Assembly: GCA_964276145.1 (NCBI GenBank)
Contig: CAXYDN010000007.1
Span: 271,686-335,685 of the forward strand
Reading direction: 5' to 3'
From: an uncultured SAR86 cluster bacterium
Lineage (GTDB): Bacteria > Pseudomonadota > Gammaproteobacteria > Magnimaribacterales > D2472
DNA length: 64,000 nt
In this document: in pieces, positions 34,037-43,460 of the stretch
How positions within the stretch are numbered: position 1 is the stretch's first letter
Layout: each line of letters opens with the position of its first letter
The notes under the pieces: generated by a model
Told to the model about the DNA's origin: nothing
The model's input: only the letters and a program-made list of their open reading frames with translations
Databases searched by the model: none
Made by a program: the position numbers and the translations under genes

Positions 34037-34439
34037 GCAATTCTATGTCTTCTTGAAATAACTCAAGGATTATTTGAATGAAATCAGGCCATAATAAATC
34101 AACAGTTATTAGATTATTTGCTATTTTACTGTTGATGCATGAAGCTAAAACTCTAACTTTTATTGGTCTATTATTGAATTTATATACTAAAGCTGGTTTG
34201 AAGTTCTCCTCTCTTGATGAGGCAATCACTTGATCCCACCAATCAGGTCTTGGCTCAGCGCCAGCACCATAAGCTTTACATTCAATACACCAGTTACCAA
34301 GCATTAAATCTGGTAATTCTTTAGTTCTAGTTTGTTCTAAAATTCTTTTTACTGGATTCTTCAGATTTAAATCTTGTATAAGAGCATTAGCTATTTGTCT
34401 TTCAAATGCAGCTCCTTTATTTCTTGAATTAATAGACAA
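34014..34439 (-). CDS. Small PD-(D/E)XK nuclease resembling archaeal Hjc / phage Holliday-junction resolvases (TTG start)
   Basis: 141 aa with an ordered E...D...ExK signature: NKGAAFERQIANAL, ELPDLML and WCIECKAYG. It shows no RuvC-like motifs. It is wedged between yebC (stop 4 nt upstream) and ybgC (23-nt overlap), where ruvCAB lie in Pseudomonas-type synteny. Confidence 0.55.
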   Translation of the reverse strand: MSINSRNKGAAFERQIANALIQDLNLKNPVKRILEQTRTKELPDLMLGNWCIECKAYGAGAEPRPDWWDQVIASSREENFKPALVYKFNNRPIKVRVLASCINSKIANNLITVDLLWPDFIQIILELFQEDIELHEQNFQA

Positions 34440-34442
34440 TTT

Positions 34443-35180
34443 TTATTCTTTAACCTCAAAATTTTCTGGGAATTCTGCATTTGTATGAACTTCTTGAACA
34501 TCGTCTAACTCATCCATAAAATCCATGATTTTTAGAACTTTTTCAGACATTTCTTGATCAACCGAAACAGAGGTTTCTGCTCTGAGTGTTAACTCGGCAT
34601 TAGTATTTTCAATATTATTTTCTTTTAGTGATTTAAGTACATTTTCAAGATCTGAGCTTGAAGTAATAATTTCAAAATAATCCTCTTCGTCAACCAAGTC
34701 ATCAGCACCTGCTTCTAAAGCTATGTCTAATATATCCTCTTCTGAATAACTCTTAGCAACATGAATAATTCCTATTTTATTGAAAAGATACGAAACAGAA
34801 CCATCAGTTCCAAGATTTCCTCCAAATTTAGAAAATGCATGTCTCACATCTGAAACAGTTCTATTTCTATTATCTGACATTGCCTCTACCATTATTGCAA
34901 CCCCACCAGGTCCATAGCCTTCAAGAACTATTTCTTCAAGAGCACCAGTGTCTCCTGTGCCCGAACCTTTCTCAATAGCTCTTTTAATATTATCTTTGGG
35001 CATATTAGCTGCATTAGCTTTATCTAATGCAAGTCTTAGTCTAGGATTATCATCAGGATCTGGGCCACCTTTAGCTGCAACGGTTATTTCTCTAATAACT
35101 TTAGTCCAAACCTTTCCTCTAGACGCATCTTGCCGAGCTTTACGATGCTTAATATTTGCCCATTTGGAATGTCCTGCCAT
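34443..35180 (-). CDS. yebC: YebC/PmpR (TACO1) family transcription/translation factor
   Basis: 245 aa starting [14 protein letters not shown], with further family motifs throughout. Confidence 0.95.
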   Translation of the reverse strand: MAGHSKWANIKHRKARQDASRGKVWTKVIREITVAAKGGPDPDDNPRLRLALDKANAANMPKDNIKRAIEKGSGTGDTGALEEIVLEGYGPGGVAIMVEAMSDNRNRTVSDVRHAFSKFGGNLGTDGSVSYLFNKIGIIHVAKSYSEEDILDIALEAGADDLVDEEDYFEIITSSSDLENVLKSLKENNIENTNAELTLRAETSVSVDQEMSEKVLKIMDFMDELDDVQEVHTNAEFPENFEVKE

Positions 35181-36949
35181 TACTGTTCTTCCTTATGTGT
35201 ACTAATAATTTTAAGCTCTTCTAATTGTGATTTATCTACTTTGCTTGGAGCATCTGTAAGTAAGCAAGTTGCACTCTGAGTCTTAGGAAATGCAATGACA
35301 TCCCTAATATTAGTTGTATCAGTAATTAACATTACCAGCCTATCTAAACCAAATGCAATACCGCCATGTGGAGGACATCCAGATGAAAGAGCTTTCAAAA
35401 GAAAGCCAAATTTACTTTTTGCCTCTTCTTTTGAAATATTTAAGATATCAAATATAGTTTTTTGCATATCAGCATTAAAAACTCTTAATGATCCTCCTCC
35501 TATTTCATACCCATTTAAAACAATGTCATATGCATGAGCAATAGCTTTTTCTGGTTCATTCTGTAATTCTTCAGCTGAGCAATTTGGTAAAGTAAATGGA
35601 TGATGAAGTGATGTTAAATTTCCTTCTGAGTTCTTTTCAAACATAGGGAAATCAACAACCCAGCAAGGCGCCCATTTTGACGTATATAAATCTAGATCTT
35701 CTCCAATTTTTTTAATTAAACTACTCATACTTAAATTAACTACGCCACTCTTCCCAGCTCCAAAAAATATTAAATCATCATTATTGAGTTCTAATTCTGA
35801 TAATAAAGTAGAGATAGTTTCATCTTTTAAGAATTTTAAAATTGGGGATTGAAGACCATTTTCAATATCAGTTTTATCGTTTACTTTTATGTATGCCAAT
35901 CCTTTTGCTCCAAGTTTTGAAACAAAATTTGTATACTCGTCTATCTGACTTCTAGTAAGAGAGTTTCCACCTGGAATTTTTAATGCGACAACCCTAGAGT
36001 TTATATCTTTTGCGGGCTCAGCAAAAACTTTGAATTCCTCATTCATAACTAAATCAGATATTTCAACAAGCTTTAGTGGGATTCTTAAGTCAGGTTTGTC
36101 ACAGCCATAATCTCTTATAGAGTCATGCCAGTCTAAAATAGGAAAATCATCTAATTGATCATCACAAAATCTATGAACTAGTTGCTTAACCATGTCTTCA
36201 CCAACTTGCATGATATATTTTTGATCTATAAAAGAAGCTTCAATATCAATTTGGGTAAATTCAGGTTGTCGATCAGCCCTCAAATCCTCATCTCTAAAAC
36301 ATCTTGCAATTTGATAATATTTATCTAGACCACCCATCATAAGCAACTGTTTAAATAGCTGAGGAGACTGCGGCAAAGCAAAGAAATTACCAGACTGAAC
36401 TCTGCTTGGCAGTATGAAGTCTCTAGCACCCTCTGGAGTTGCTCTTGTTAATATTGGTGTTTCAATTTCGTGGAAATTATTTTCATCTAAATAATTTCTA
36501 ATCAAAGATGTAATTTTCGATCTTGTTACAATCCTTTGATTCATTTCAGGCCGTCTTAAATCTAAAACTCTATTTTTTAATCGAACATCTTCATTAACAT
36601 CTTGGTAGTCATCAAGAGGAAAAACTGGTGTCTCAGCCTTACTTAAAATTTGAATATCTTTGCTTTCAAGCTCTATTTCTCCCGTTGGCATGTTTTTATT
36701 TATGGTGCCTTTAAGCCTTGCTCTAACTATTCCTGAAATTTGAACAACATATTCATTTCTTAAACTCTCAGCGATGGCAAAGGATTCTTCGTTATTAGGA
36801 TTGATTACTGCCTGGCATATACCTTTAATATCTCTTACATCAAGAAATATTACACCTCCATGATCACGTCTTTTATGAATCCACCCACAAATAGTTACTT
36901 CATGCTCAAGGTCTTTTGATGTTATTTCTCCACAATAGTGAGATCTCAT
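35180..36949 (-). CDS. aspS: Aspartate--tRNA ligase
   Basis: 589 aa with an OB anticodon-binding domain ([19 protein letters not shown]), class II motifs ([23 protein letters not shown]) and the bacterial GAD insertion. Confidence 0.97.
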   Translation of the reverse strand: MRSHYCGEITSKDLEHEVTICGWIHKRRDHGGVIFLDVRDIKGICQAVINPNNEESFAIAESLRNEYVVQISGIVRARLKGTINKNMPTGEIELESKDIQILSKAETPVFPLDDYQDVNEDVRLKNRVLDLRRPEMNQRIVTRSKITSLIRNYLDENNFHEIETPILTRATPEGARDFILPSRVQSGNFFALPQSPQLFKQLLMMGGLDKYYQIARCFRDEDLRADRQPEFTQIDIEASFIDQKYIMQVGEDMVKQLVHRFCDDQLDDFPILDWHDSIRDYGCDKPDLRIPLKLVEISDLVMNEEFKVFAEPAKDINSRVVALKIPGGNSLTRSQIDEYTNFVSKLGAKGLAYIKVNDKTDIENGLQSPILKFLKDETISTLLSELELNNDDLIFFGAGKSGVVNLSMSSLIKKIGEDLDLYTSKWAPCWVVDFPMFEKNSEGNLTSLHHPFTLPNCSAEELQNEPEKAIAHAYDIVLNGYEIGGGSLRVFNADMQKTIFDILNISKEEAKSKFGFLLKALSSGCPPHGGIAFGLDRLVMLITDTTNIRDVIAFPKTQSATCLLTDAPSKVDKSQLEELKIISTHKEEQ

Positions 36950-36963
36950 AATATTTCCTATAT

Positions 36964-37254
36964 TTATTTACTAATCTTATCTTGTTTAGGTCCTTTCTTG
37001 GAGTCAGAACCTGAATTTTGTGAAGATTTATTAGTTGATTCTTTATCATTTGATACTAAGTTCTTTTTTTGGCCAGTCTTAAAGTCAGTCTCATACCAAC
37101 CGGCGCCTTTTAATCTAAATGAAGGTGCAGAAATTTGCTTAGTAAGAGACTCTTCTCCACAGTTTGGACATAATGTTTTAGGTTTATCACTAAACTTTTG
37201 AATTATTTCAAGTTCCTGTCCACAATTTGAACATTTATAGTCATAAATCGGCAT
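36964..37254 (-). CDS. FmdB-family zinc-ribbon protein
   Basis: 96 aa beginning [12 protein letters not shown]...CPNCG, followed by a low-complexity basic/Ser tail. Confidence 0.8.
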   Translation of the reverse strand: MPIYDYKCSNCGQELEIIQKFSDKPKTLCPNCGEESLTKQISAPSFRLKGAGWYETDFKTGQKKNLVSNDKESTNKSSQNSGSDSKKGPKQDKISK

Positions 37255-37317
37255 AAGTCATCAAAAAAAGATAAAATTATAAACTAATAAGATTTATACA
37301 TATAACTAATTTATAAA

Positions 37318-38598
37318 ATGTTGTTTTCAAAATTATTACTACCGACACTAAAAGATGCGCCTCAAGAGGCAGAAGTTATCAGTCATAAATTAATGCTTAG
37401 AGCTGGTATGGTTAGAAAAGTTGCATCCGGCATCTACACATGGCTTCCATTGGGTCTAAAAGTTCTCAGAAAAATTGAAAATATCGTGAGAGAAGAAATG
37501 GATAATTCTGGTGCTCAGGAAGTTTTAATGCCCATGGTACAACCAAAAGAATTATGGAATGAAACAAATAGATGGGAAAAAATGGGTCCAGAGCTTTTAC
37601 GAATTCAAGACAGGCATGAAAGAGATTTTTGTTTAGGTCCAACTCATGAGGAAGTTATCACAGATCTTATAAGAAATAATGTAAAAAGCTATAAAGAATT
37701 ACCACTTAATATTTATCAAATACAAACAAAATTTAGAGATGAAGTCAGACCAAGATACGGAGTCATGCGAGGAAGAGAGTTTCTTATGAAAGATTCTTAT
37801 AGCTTTAATATTGATGAAGCCTGTCTTGAAGAAACTTACTTAGCAATGAGAAATACCTATAAAAAGGTTCTTGAAAGAATGGGTCTTGAATACAAGATAG
37901 TATCAGCTGATTCGGGTGCAATTGGCGGTGATGCTTCAGAAGAGTTCCATGTTCTTGCTGAAACAGGTGAAGATACCATTGCAGTTAGCAATAGCTCTGA
38001 ATATGCAATTAATACTGAATTACTTCTAAAAGAAGGTGATGATATATCTTCTCTTGAGGGTAAGCCATCGCCTGATGGAAAAGGAATAATCGAAATTAAA
38101 AAAGGTATTGAAGTAGGCCATATATTTCAATTAGGCAAAGTATATGCTGAAGATATGAAGGCAAATGTCTTAAATAATGAAGGCAAGGCATCAACTTTAT
38201 ATATGGGCTGCTATGGAATTGGTGTTTCTAGGCTTGTAGCAGCAACTATTGAACAAAATAATGATGAGAAAGGAATTATATGGCCACAAAGTGTTGCCCC
38301 TTTTGATATCAATATCATTGCTATTGGATTCCAGAAAGATGAAAAAATAGCAAAAGCTTCAAACAGTCTCTATAAAGAACTTACCAATATGGGCTATGAC
38401 GTTTTGCTTGATGATCGAAAAGATGGGTATGGAACAAAGATTAAAGACTCTGAGCTAATTGGCATTCCTCTCAATATAATCATCGGTAAACAATTTATAG
38501 AAAAAGAAGAAATAGAATTTAGAACAAGAACCGGAGATACATCGCTAAGCAATATATCAGATTCAAAAACAATATTAGACTTCTTTAAAAATAAATAA
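37318..38598 (+). CDS. proS: Proline--tRNA ligase, bacterial type but lacking the INS editing domain
   Basis: 426 aa with motif 2 [25 protein letters not shown] and motif 3 [13 protein letters not shown]. Only about 14 residues separate ...SEYAINTEL from GKPSPDG, where E. coli ProRS carries an INS domain of about 165-180 aa. Confidence 0.92.
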   Translation: MLFSKLLLPTLKDAPQEAEVISHKLMLRAGMVRKVASGIYTWLPLGLKVLRKIENIVREEMDNSGAQEVLMPMVQPKELWNETNRWEKMGPELLRIQDRHERDFCLGPTHEEVITDLIRNNVKSYKELPLNIYQIQTKFRDEVRPRYGVMRGREFLMKDSYSFNIDEACLEETYLAMRNTYKKVLERMGLEYKIVSADSGAIGGDASEEFHVLAETGEDTIAVSNSSEYAINTELLLKEGDDISSLEGKPSPDGKGIIEIKKGIEVGHIFQLGKVYAEDMKANVLNNEGKASTLYMGCYGIGVSRLVAATIEQNNDEKGIIWPQSVAPFDINIIAIGFQKDEKIAKASNSLYKELTNMGYDVLLDDRKDGYGTKIKDSELIGIPLNIIIGKQFIEKEEIEFRTRTGDTSLSNISDSKTILDFFKNK

Positions 38599-38601
38599 TT
38601 C

Positions 38602-39780
38602 TTACAATCTTTCTATAATTGTAGCGTTTGCAGTTCCACCACCCTCACAAATAGCTTGAAGTGCATACTTGCCCTTTCTTCTTTCAAGTTCATGAACTAA
38701 AGTCGTCATTAGTTTAGTGCCTGTTGCTCCTAAAGGATGGCCTAGAGCAATTGCACCACCATTAACATTTAGCTTATCTTTGTCAGCATCTAACTCTGCA
38801 GCCCATGCAAGTGGTACTGGAGCAAATGCTTCATTTACCTCATAAAGATCCATATCATTGATTGATAAATTCGCTTTTCTAAGTGCTAGCTTTGAGGCTG
38901 GAATTGGTCCGGTCAACATATAAACAGGATCATCTCCTACAACTGTGATGGTCTTTATTAATGCTTTTGGATCTGCTGTAATCTTTTTAAGACCTTCTTC
39001 ATTACAAACCATAATTGCTGACGCGCCATCAGTAATTTGACTTGCATTACCAGCAGTTATAACGCCGCCCTCTGAAACAGTTTTTAAGCCAGCAAGTGCT
39101 TCTAAAGAAGCATCATATCTAATACCTTCATCATGAATAACCATTGAATCATTACCATTTTCATTTTTTCCTTGCAAAGGTAGAATTTCCTTAGAAAAGT
39201 AATCTGCTTTTGTTGCTGCAGCAGCTCTTAAATGACTTTCTAAAGCAAAATTATCTAGATCTTCTCTTTCAAGATTCCACTTTTTAGCGACAAGCTCAGC
39301 TCCTGTGAATTGTGAAAAGAACACATCTGGGTAATTTTTTTGTATTCCTTCAGCGTTAAAAGGAAATCCATGATTTGCATCCATACCATCTGTAATACTT
39401 GCTCCAATAGGAACTATAGACATGACCTCCACTCCTCCAGCAATAACAATATCTTGTGTACCAGACATGACTGCCTGAGTAGCAAAATGAAGAGCTTGTT
39501 GAGAAGATCCACACTGTCTATCAACAGTAGTGCCTGGAACCGATTCAGGTAAACTTGAAGCAAGTACGGCATTTCTAGCTAAGTTACCAGCCTGAGCACC
39601 GACTTGATCTACACACCCAAAAATTACATCATCTATGTCTTTAGGATTTACTCCAGATCTTATTACTAATTCATCTAAGACTTTTGCTCCCATATCAGCA
39701 GGATGCCAGCCTGATAAAGAGCCATTCTTCCTACCGCCAGGCGTTCTAACTGCAGAAACTATATATGCATTTTGTGCCAT
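38602..39780 (-). CDS. Acetyl-CoA C-acyl/acetyltransferase (thiolase II-like)
   Basis: 392 aa with N-terminus AYIVSAVRTPGG, the active Cys context DRQCGSSQQA, and C-terminal NVNGGAIALGHPLGATG and CEGGG. Confidence 0.92.
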   Translation of the reverse strand: MAQNAYIVSAVRTPGGRKNGSLSGWHPADMGAKVLDELVIRSGVNPKDIDDVIFGCVDQVGAQAGNLARNAVLASSLPESVPGTTVDRQCGSSQQALHFATQAVMSGTQDIVIAGGVEVMSIVPIGASITDGMDANHGFPFNAEGIQKNYPDVFFSQFTGAELVAKKWNLEREDLDNFALESHLRAAAATKADYFSKEILPLQGKNENGNDSMVIHDEGIRYDASLEALAGLKTVSEGGVITAGNASQITDGASAIMVCNEEGLKKITADPKALIKTITVVGDDPVYMLTGPIPASKLALRKANLSINDMDLYEVNEAFAPVPLAWAAELDADKDKLNVNGGAIALGHPLGATGTKLMTTLVHELERRKGKYALQAICEGGGTANATIIERL

Positions 39781-39813
39781 AAAAAATCCCTATTAAAAAT
39801 ATTTAATAGGGAT
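39781..39813 (-). terminator. Rho-independent terminator downstream of recA
   Basis: The minus strand reads ATCCCTATTAAA-TATT-TTTAATAGGGAT, a perfect 12-bp stem, followed by a T-run of five more T residues. It begins 18 nt after the recA stop. Confidence 0.75.
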
Positions 39814-39831
39814 TAGTGTATCAAGAAATAG

Positions 39832-40848
39832 TTATTTTGTAGATTTTGCTTTACTAGCAATAAAAGCTTCTCGAATTTCCATTAAGAGACTCTCTCTAAT
39901 CTTAGCGTTTTCTTTTAGAAACATGCTGGCTTTAACCTTGCCTTGACCGATAGTCTCTCCATTCATTTTATAAAATGCTCCTGACTTCTCTATCAATCCA
40001 AGTTTGTGGCCATAGTCTAATATTTCACCTTCTGAATTAATGCCCTGACCATACATTATTTGGAATTCTGCTTGCTTGAATGGAGGTGAAACTTTGTTCT
40101 TAACAACTTTAACTCTAGTTTCATTACCCATAATTTCATCGCCTTCTTTAACAGCTCCAATTCTTCTAATATCCAATCTAACTGATGAATAAAATTTTAG
40201 AGCATTTCCACCTGTAGTGGTCTCAGGGCTTCCAAACATAACACCTATTTTCATTCTAATCTGATTAATAAATACTACCGTTGCTCCTGATCTTTGAATA
40301 TTACCTGTTATTTTTCTAAGTGCTTGTGACATAAGTCGGGCTTGAAGACCTACATGATGATCTCCCATCTCTCCCTCTATTTCAGCTCTAGGAACAAGAG
40401 CAGCTACAGAGTCGATTATTACTAGGTCAACACTATTTGATCTGACTAACATATCGGCAACCTCTAATGCTTGCTCACCAGTATCAGGTTGAGAAAGCAA
40501 TAACTCATCAACATTTACTCCAAGCTTCTCTGCATACTGAGGGTCTAACGCATGCTCAGCATCAATAAAAGCACATGTCCCACCATCTTTTTGACATTGA
40601 GCAATTATTTGAAGTGTTAAAGTTGTTTTTCCAGAAGACTCTGGACCATATATTTCAGTAACTCTTCCTTTTGGAATACCACCAATGCCAAGAGCAATGT
40701 CTAGCCCTACTGAACCAGTTGATATTGATGGGATGTCTAGAATCTCTCTATCACCCATCCTCATAACGGTACCTTTACCGAAATGACTATCTATGTCTGC
40801 AAGTGTATCTTTTAATGATTTTGAACCGGTATCTTTTGATTTAGCCAT
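39832..40848 (-). CDS. recA: Recombinase RecA
   Basis: 338 aa with Walker [10 protein letters not shown], the IDAEHALD motif, and L1/L2 loop regions. Confidence 0.98.
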   Translation of the reverse strand: MAKSKDTGSKSLKDTLADIDSHFGKGTVMRMGDREILDIPSISTGSVGLDIALGIGGIPKGRVTEIYGPESSGKTTLTLQIIAQCQKDGGTCAFIDAEHALDPQYAEKLGVNVDELLLSQPDTGEQALEVADMLVRSNSVDLVIIDSVAALVPRAEIEGEMGDHHVGLQARLMSQALRKITGNIQRSGATVVFINQIRMKIGVMFGSPETTTGGNALKFYSSVRLDIRRIGAVKEGDEIMGNETRVKVVKNKVSPPFKQAEFQIMYGQGINSEGEILDYGHKLGLIEKSGAFYKMNGETIGQGKVKASMFLKENAKIRESLLMEIREAFIASKAKSTK

Positions 40849-40858
40849 GTTATCTCCT

Positions 40859-40878
40859 TACTGTATATTTATACAGTA
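40859..40878 (-). promoter_or_regulatory. LexA (SOS) box overlapping the putative recA promoter
   Basis: TACTGTATATTTATACAGTA contains a perfect CTGT-N8-ACAG core (40861-40876). On the recA strand it is flanked by TTGTAA (40897-40902), a 16-nt spacer and TATACT (40875-40880). An AAGGAG SD (40854-40859) lies 5 nt from the ATG. Confidence 0.85.
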
Positions 40879-40975
40879 TAATGCTAATTAAGAAATTTAC
40901 AACTTAAAAGTATATTTTTTCTTAATTTTATCTTACAGTCACACTTTTATAATAAAGTTTCACTAAAAAATTATT

Positions 40976-41299
40976 ATGGCTTTTGTAGTAACTGAATCGT
41001 GCATAAAATGCAAATACACAGATTGTGTAGAAGTTTGTCCTGTTGACTGTTTTTATGAAGGGCCTGATTTTTTGGTTATACATCCAGATGAATGTATTGA
41101 CTGCGCATTATGTGAACCAGAATGTCCTATAGACGCAATTTTATCGGAAGATGAACTTCCTGATGACCAGATAGATTTTATTGAAATTAATGCACGTCTT
41201 TCAGAGGTTTATGAGAATATCACTGAGGCAAAAGACCCTCTTCCAGAAGCTGATAAATATGAGAATGTTAAGAACAAACGAGAATTAATAGGTATATAA
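40976..41299 (+). CDS. fdxA: 7Fe ferredoxin (Azotobacter FdxA type, [3Fe-4S][4Fe-4S])
   Basis: 107 aa with [14 protein letters not shown] and [12 protein letters not shown] cluster motifs. Confidence 0.93.
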   Translation: MAFVVTESCIKCKYTDCVEVCPVDCFYEGPDFLVIHPDECIDCALCEPECPIDAILSEDELPDDQIDFIEINARLSEVYENITEAKDPLPEADKYENVKNKRELIGI

Positions 41300-41304
41300 A
41301 TTCA

Positions 41305-42036
41305 TCAGTTTGGGAAAATAAGAACACCACTGATAAAGATCAAAGCAGCAAAGAAAATCATTATATTTAATTTATATTGGGACAGTAAAAAATTAATGAG
41401 CCTTGGCATTATCAATAGTGAAACTATTGAACCAATTGCAAAGGGTATTAAGACTTCAAATTGAATATTTGCGATTGAACCAATAATAATCTCGTAGACC
41501 CCGATAGATAATAAAATTGCACTGCCTGAAATTCCTGGCATTAGAAAAAAAGAAAATGCTATAAATCCAATTAATATGAACTCGATGAATGATGGGTCAA
41601 TTGATAGAAAATTAATATTATTTAAGATAATTCCAAATATCGCTCCTGCAAGAAAATAAATTATCCAATTTATATTGATCCTAAATTCTTTTTTTAATCT
41701 GTAAGTAATTAAAAAAGATATTAAACACATCAAAATTGCTAAAAACATTAAAAAATAATTTGTATATTCAACGTATAAAAATAAAATCAATTTTGAAGCA
41801 AATATAATGCTTAAAGCCATTGCTATAAAAAATGGAATTATTAAATCAAGAAAAAAAACTTGATTTAGTTTTTTAAGACTAAATGAAAAATTACTAATTT
41901 TTAAATTAGATAAGAATAGTATAAATTTTTCATAGACATTAAATGCTATGGCTACTGTTGAGCCAGATATTCCTGGAAGAAGTTCAGCTAGACCAACAAA
42001 AAAACCTGAAATAATAAACCTCAGCCTTTCACTCAT
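41305..42036 (-). CDS. DUF368 family membrane protein (PopT-like candidate undecaprenyl-phosphate translocase)
   Basis: 243 aa with about 7-8 TM segments and a duplicated PGISGS motif (LLPGISGSTVAI and LMPGISGSAILL) typical of DUF368. Confidence 0.7.
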   Translation of the reverse strand: MSERLRFIISGFFVGLAELLPGISGSTVAIAFNVYEKFILFLSNLKISNFSFSLKKLNQVFFLDLIIPFFIAMALSIIFASKLILFLYVEYTNYFLMFLAILMCLISFLITYRLKKEFRININWIIYFLAGAIFGIILNNINFLSIDPSFIEFILIGFIAFSFFLMPGISGSAILLSIGVYEIIIGSIANIQFEVLIPFAIGSIVSLLIMPRLINFLLSQYKLNIMIFFAALIFISGVLIFPN

Positions 42037-42716
42037 GAATCATTTCCATCAATAGATGTTCCTGAGAGCATAGGCACAAAGGCAACTTCTTCAAATATAT
42101 CCTCTTTAATTTCTTCCGCATCTAATTTAGTTATAACATGTAACTGTTGGGATTTAGTGTTGCCAACCGGAATTACAATTTTTGAATTTATATTTAAGCA
42201 ATCAATTAAGTCTTGAGGATATTGTCTTGGGGCGGCTGCACATAAAACTCCATCAAATAATAACTTCTTATCCCAATCAGTGAATCCATCGCCGTATTTG
42301 AATAAAACATTCTTAATTTTTAACTGACTCAGATTTTCTCTTGATTTTGCAACTAGTGGTTTAATTCTTTCTATTGCATGCACTTCTTCACAAAAATAAG
42401 ATAATACAGCTGATTGATATCCGCATCCTGAACCAAGCTCTAGAACCTTATCAAAAATTTTACCTCTAGATTTAGTATGTGAAATTAGATGCTCTGTCAT
42501 TTTTGCAACTATATAAGGTTGAGATATAGTCTGCTTATAACCAATTGTTAAAGATCTATTTTCATAAGCTCTAGAATGAAAAGCTTCATCTATAAATATA
42601 TGTCTTGGTACTTGGGATATTGCATCTAAAACTCTAAAATCTTTTATGCCCATCTCTAAGAGATTTTCTATCATCTCTTCTCTGACTCTTCTAAATGTAA
42701 AGCCAGAACTATTCAT
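42033..42716 (-). CDS. pcm: Protein-L-isoaspartate O-methyltransferase
   Basis: 227 aa with TISQPYIVA and the SAM motif VLELGSGCGYQSAVL. It follows surE. Confidence 0.94.
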   Translation of the reverse strand: MNSSGFTFRRVREEMIENLLEMGIKDFRVLDAISQVPRHIFIDEAFHSRAYENRSLTIGYKQTISQPYIVAKMTEHLISHTKSRGKIFDKVLELGSGCGYQSAVLSYFCEEVHAIERIKPLVAKSRENLSQLKIKNVLFKYGDGFTDWDKKLLFDGVLCAAAPRQYPQDLIDCLNINSKIVIPVGNTKSQQLHVITKLDAEEIKEDIFEEVAFVPMLSGTSIDGNDS

Positions 42717-43455
42717 TAAAAAAAGGTTTTAAATTTTCTCTTAATGATTCCTGATCTAAATCATAGTCTAAAATAGATATTGAAATATATCCCTCTTTGA
42801 CAGCATTTGCATCTGTTAATATTTGCTCATGAACAGGCTCTCCAGAAAGATTATATCTATATTTTTTTATATCTCCGCTAGAACTTATTTCAATTGGTTT
42901 TGAGGGCACTCCCCTTTTTGCTAGTGATGTTACTTTAATACCCTTGCATTCATTTGCTGGTAAATCTGGAAAGTTGACATTAAATACTTTGCCATGAAAT
43001 TCCTTGGGTAAGTTTTTAATAGAATTAACAATATCAACAGCTTTATTTACTATAAAATCTGTATTAATGGTCTCATATGAGGCTATAGATAATGCTAAAG
43101 GAGGATATTTTAATTTTCTCCCTCCAACTGCAGCGCCCACTGTGCCAGAGTAAATTACATCTGTTCCTATATTTGCTCCATGATTAATTCCTGAAACTAC
43201 CATGTCAAATTCAAAATCTACAATTCCCAATAAACCAAAATAAGTACAATCAGCAGGGGTTCCATCAACAGCATAAATTCTTTCTTCAACTTGCCTTATT
43301 TTTGTTTCTTTTAAAAAAGAAATGGCAGCACTCATACCACTGCAATTATTTTCAGGGGCAATCATCCAAACATCATGATTTTCAGATAATTTTTTGTATA
43401 GATTTTGGATATTGGGTGCTTGATATCCATCATCATTTGTCAGTAAGATTTTCAT
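42709..43455 (-). CDS. surE: 5'/3'-nucleotidase SurE
   Basis: 248 aa with N-terminus MKILLTNDDG and the GINHGAN and YSGTVGAA motifs. Confidence 0.96.
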   Translation of the reverse strand: MKILLTNDDGYQAPNIQNLYKKLSENHDVWMIAPENNCSGMSAAISFLKETKIRQVEERIYAVDGTPADCTYFGLLGIVDFEFDMVVSGINHGANIGTDVIYSGTVGAAVGGRKLKYPPLALSIASYETINTDFIVNKAVDIVNSIKNLPKEFHGKVFNVNFPDLPANECKGIKVTSLAKRGVPSKPIEISSSGDIKKYRYNLSGEPVHEQILTDANAVKEGYISISILDYDLDQESLRENLKPFFNE

Positions 43456-43460
43456 GGGTA

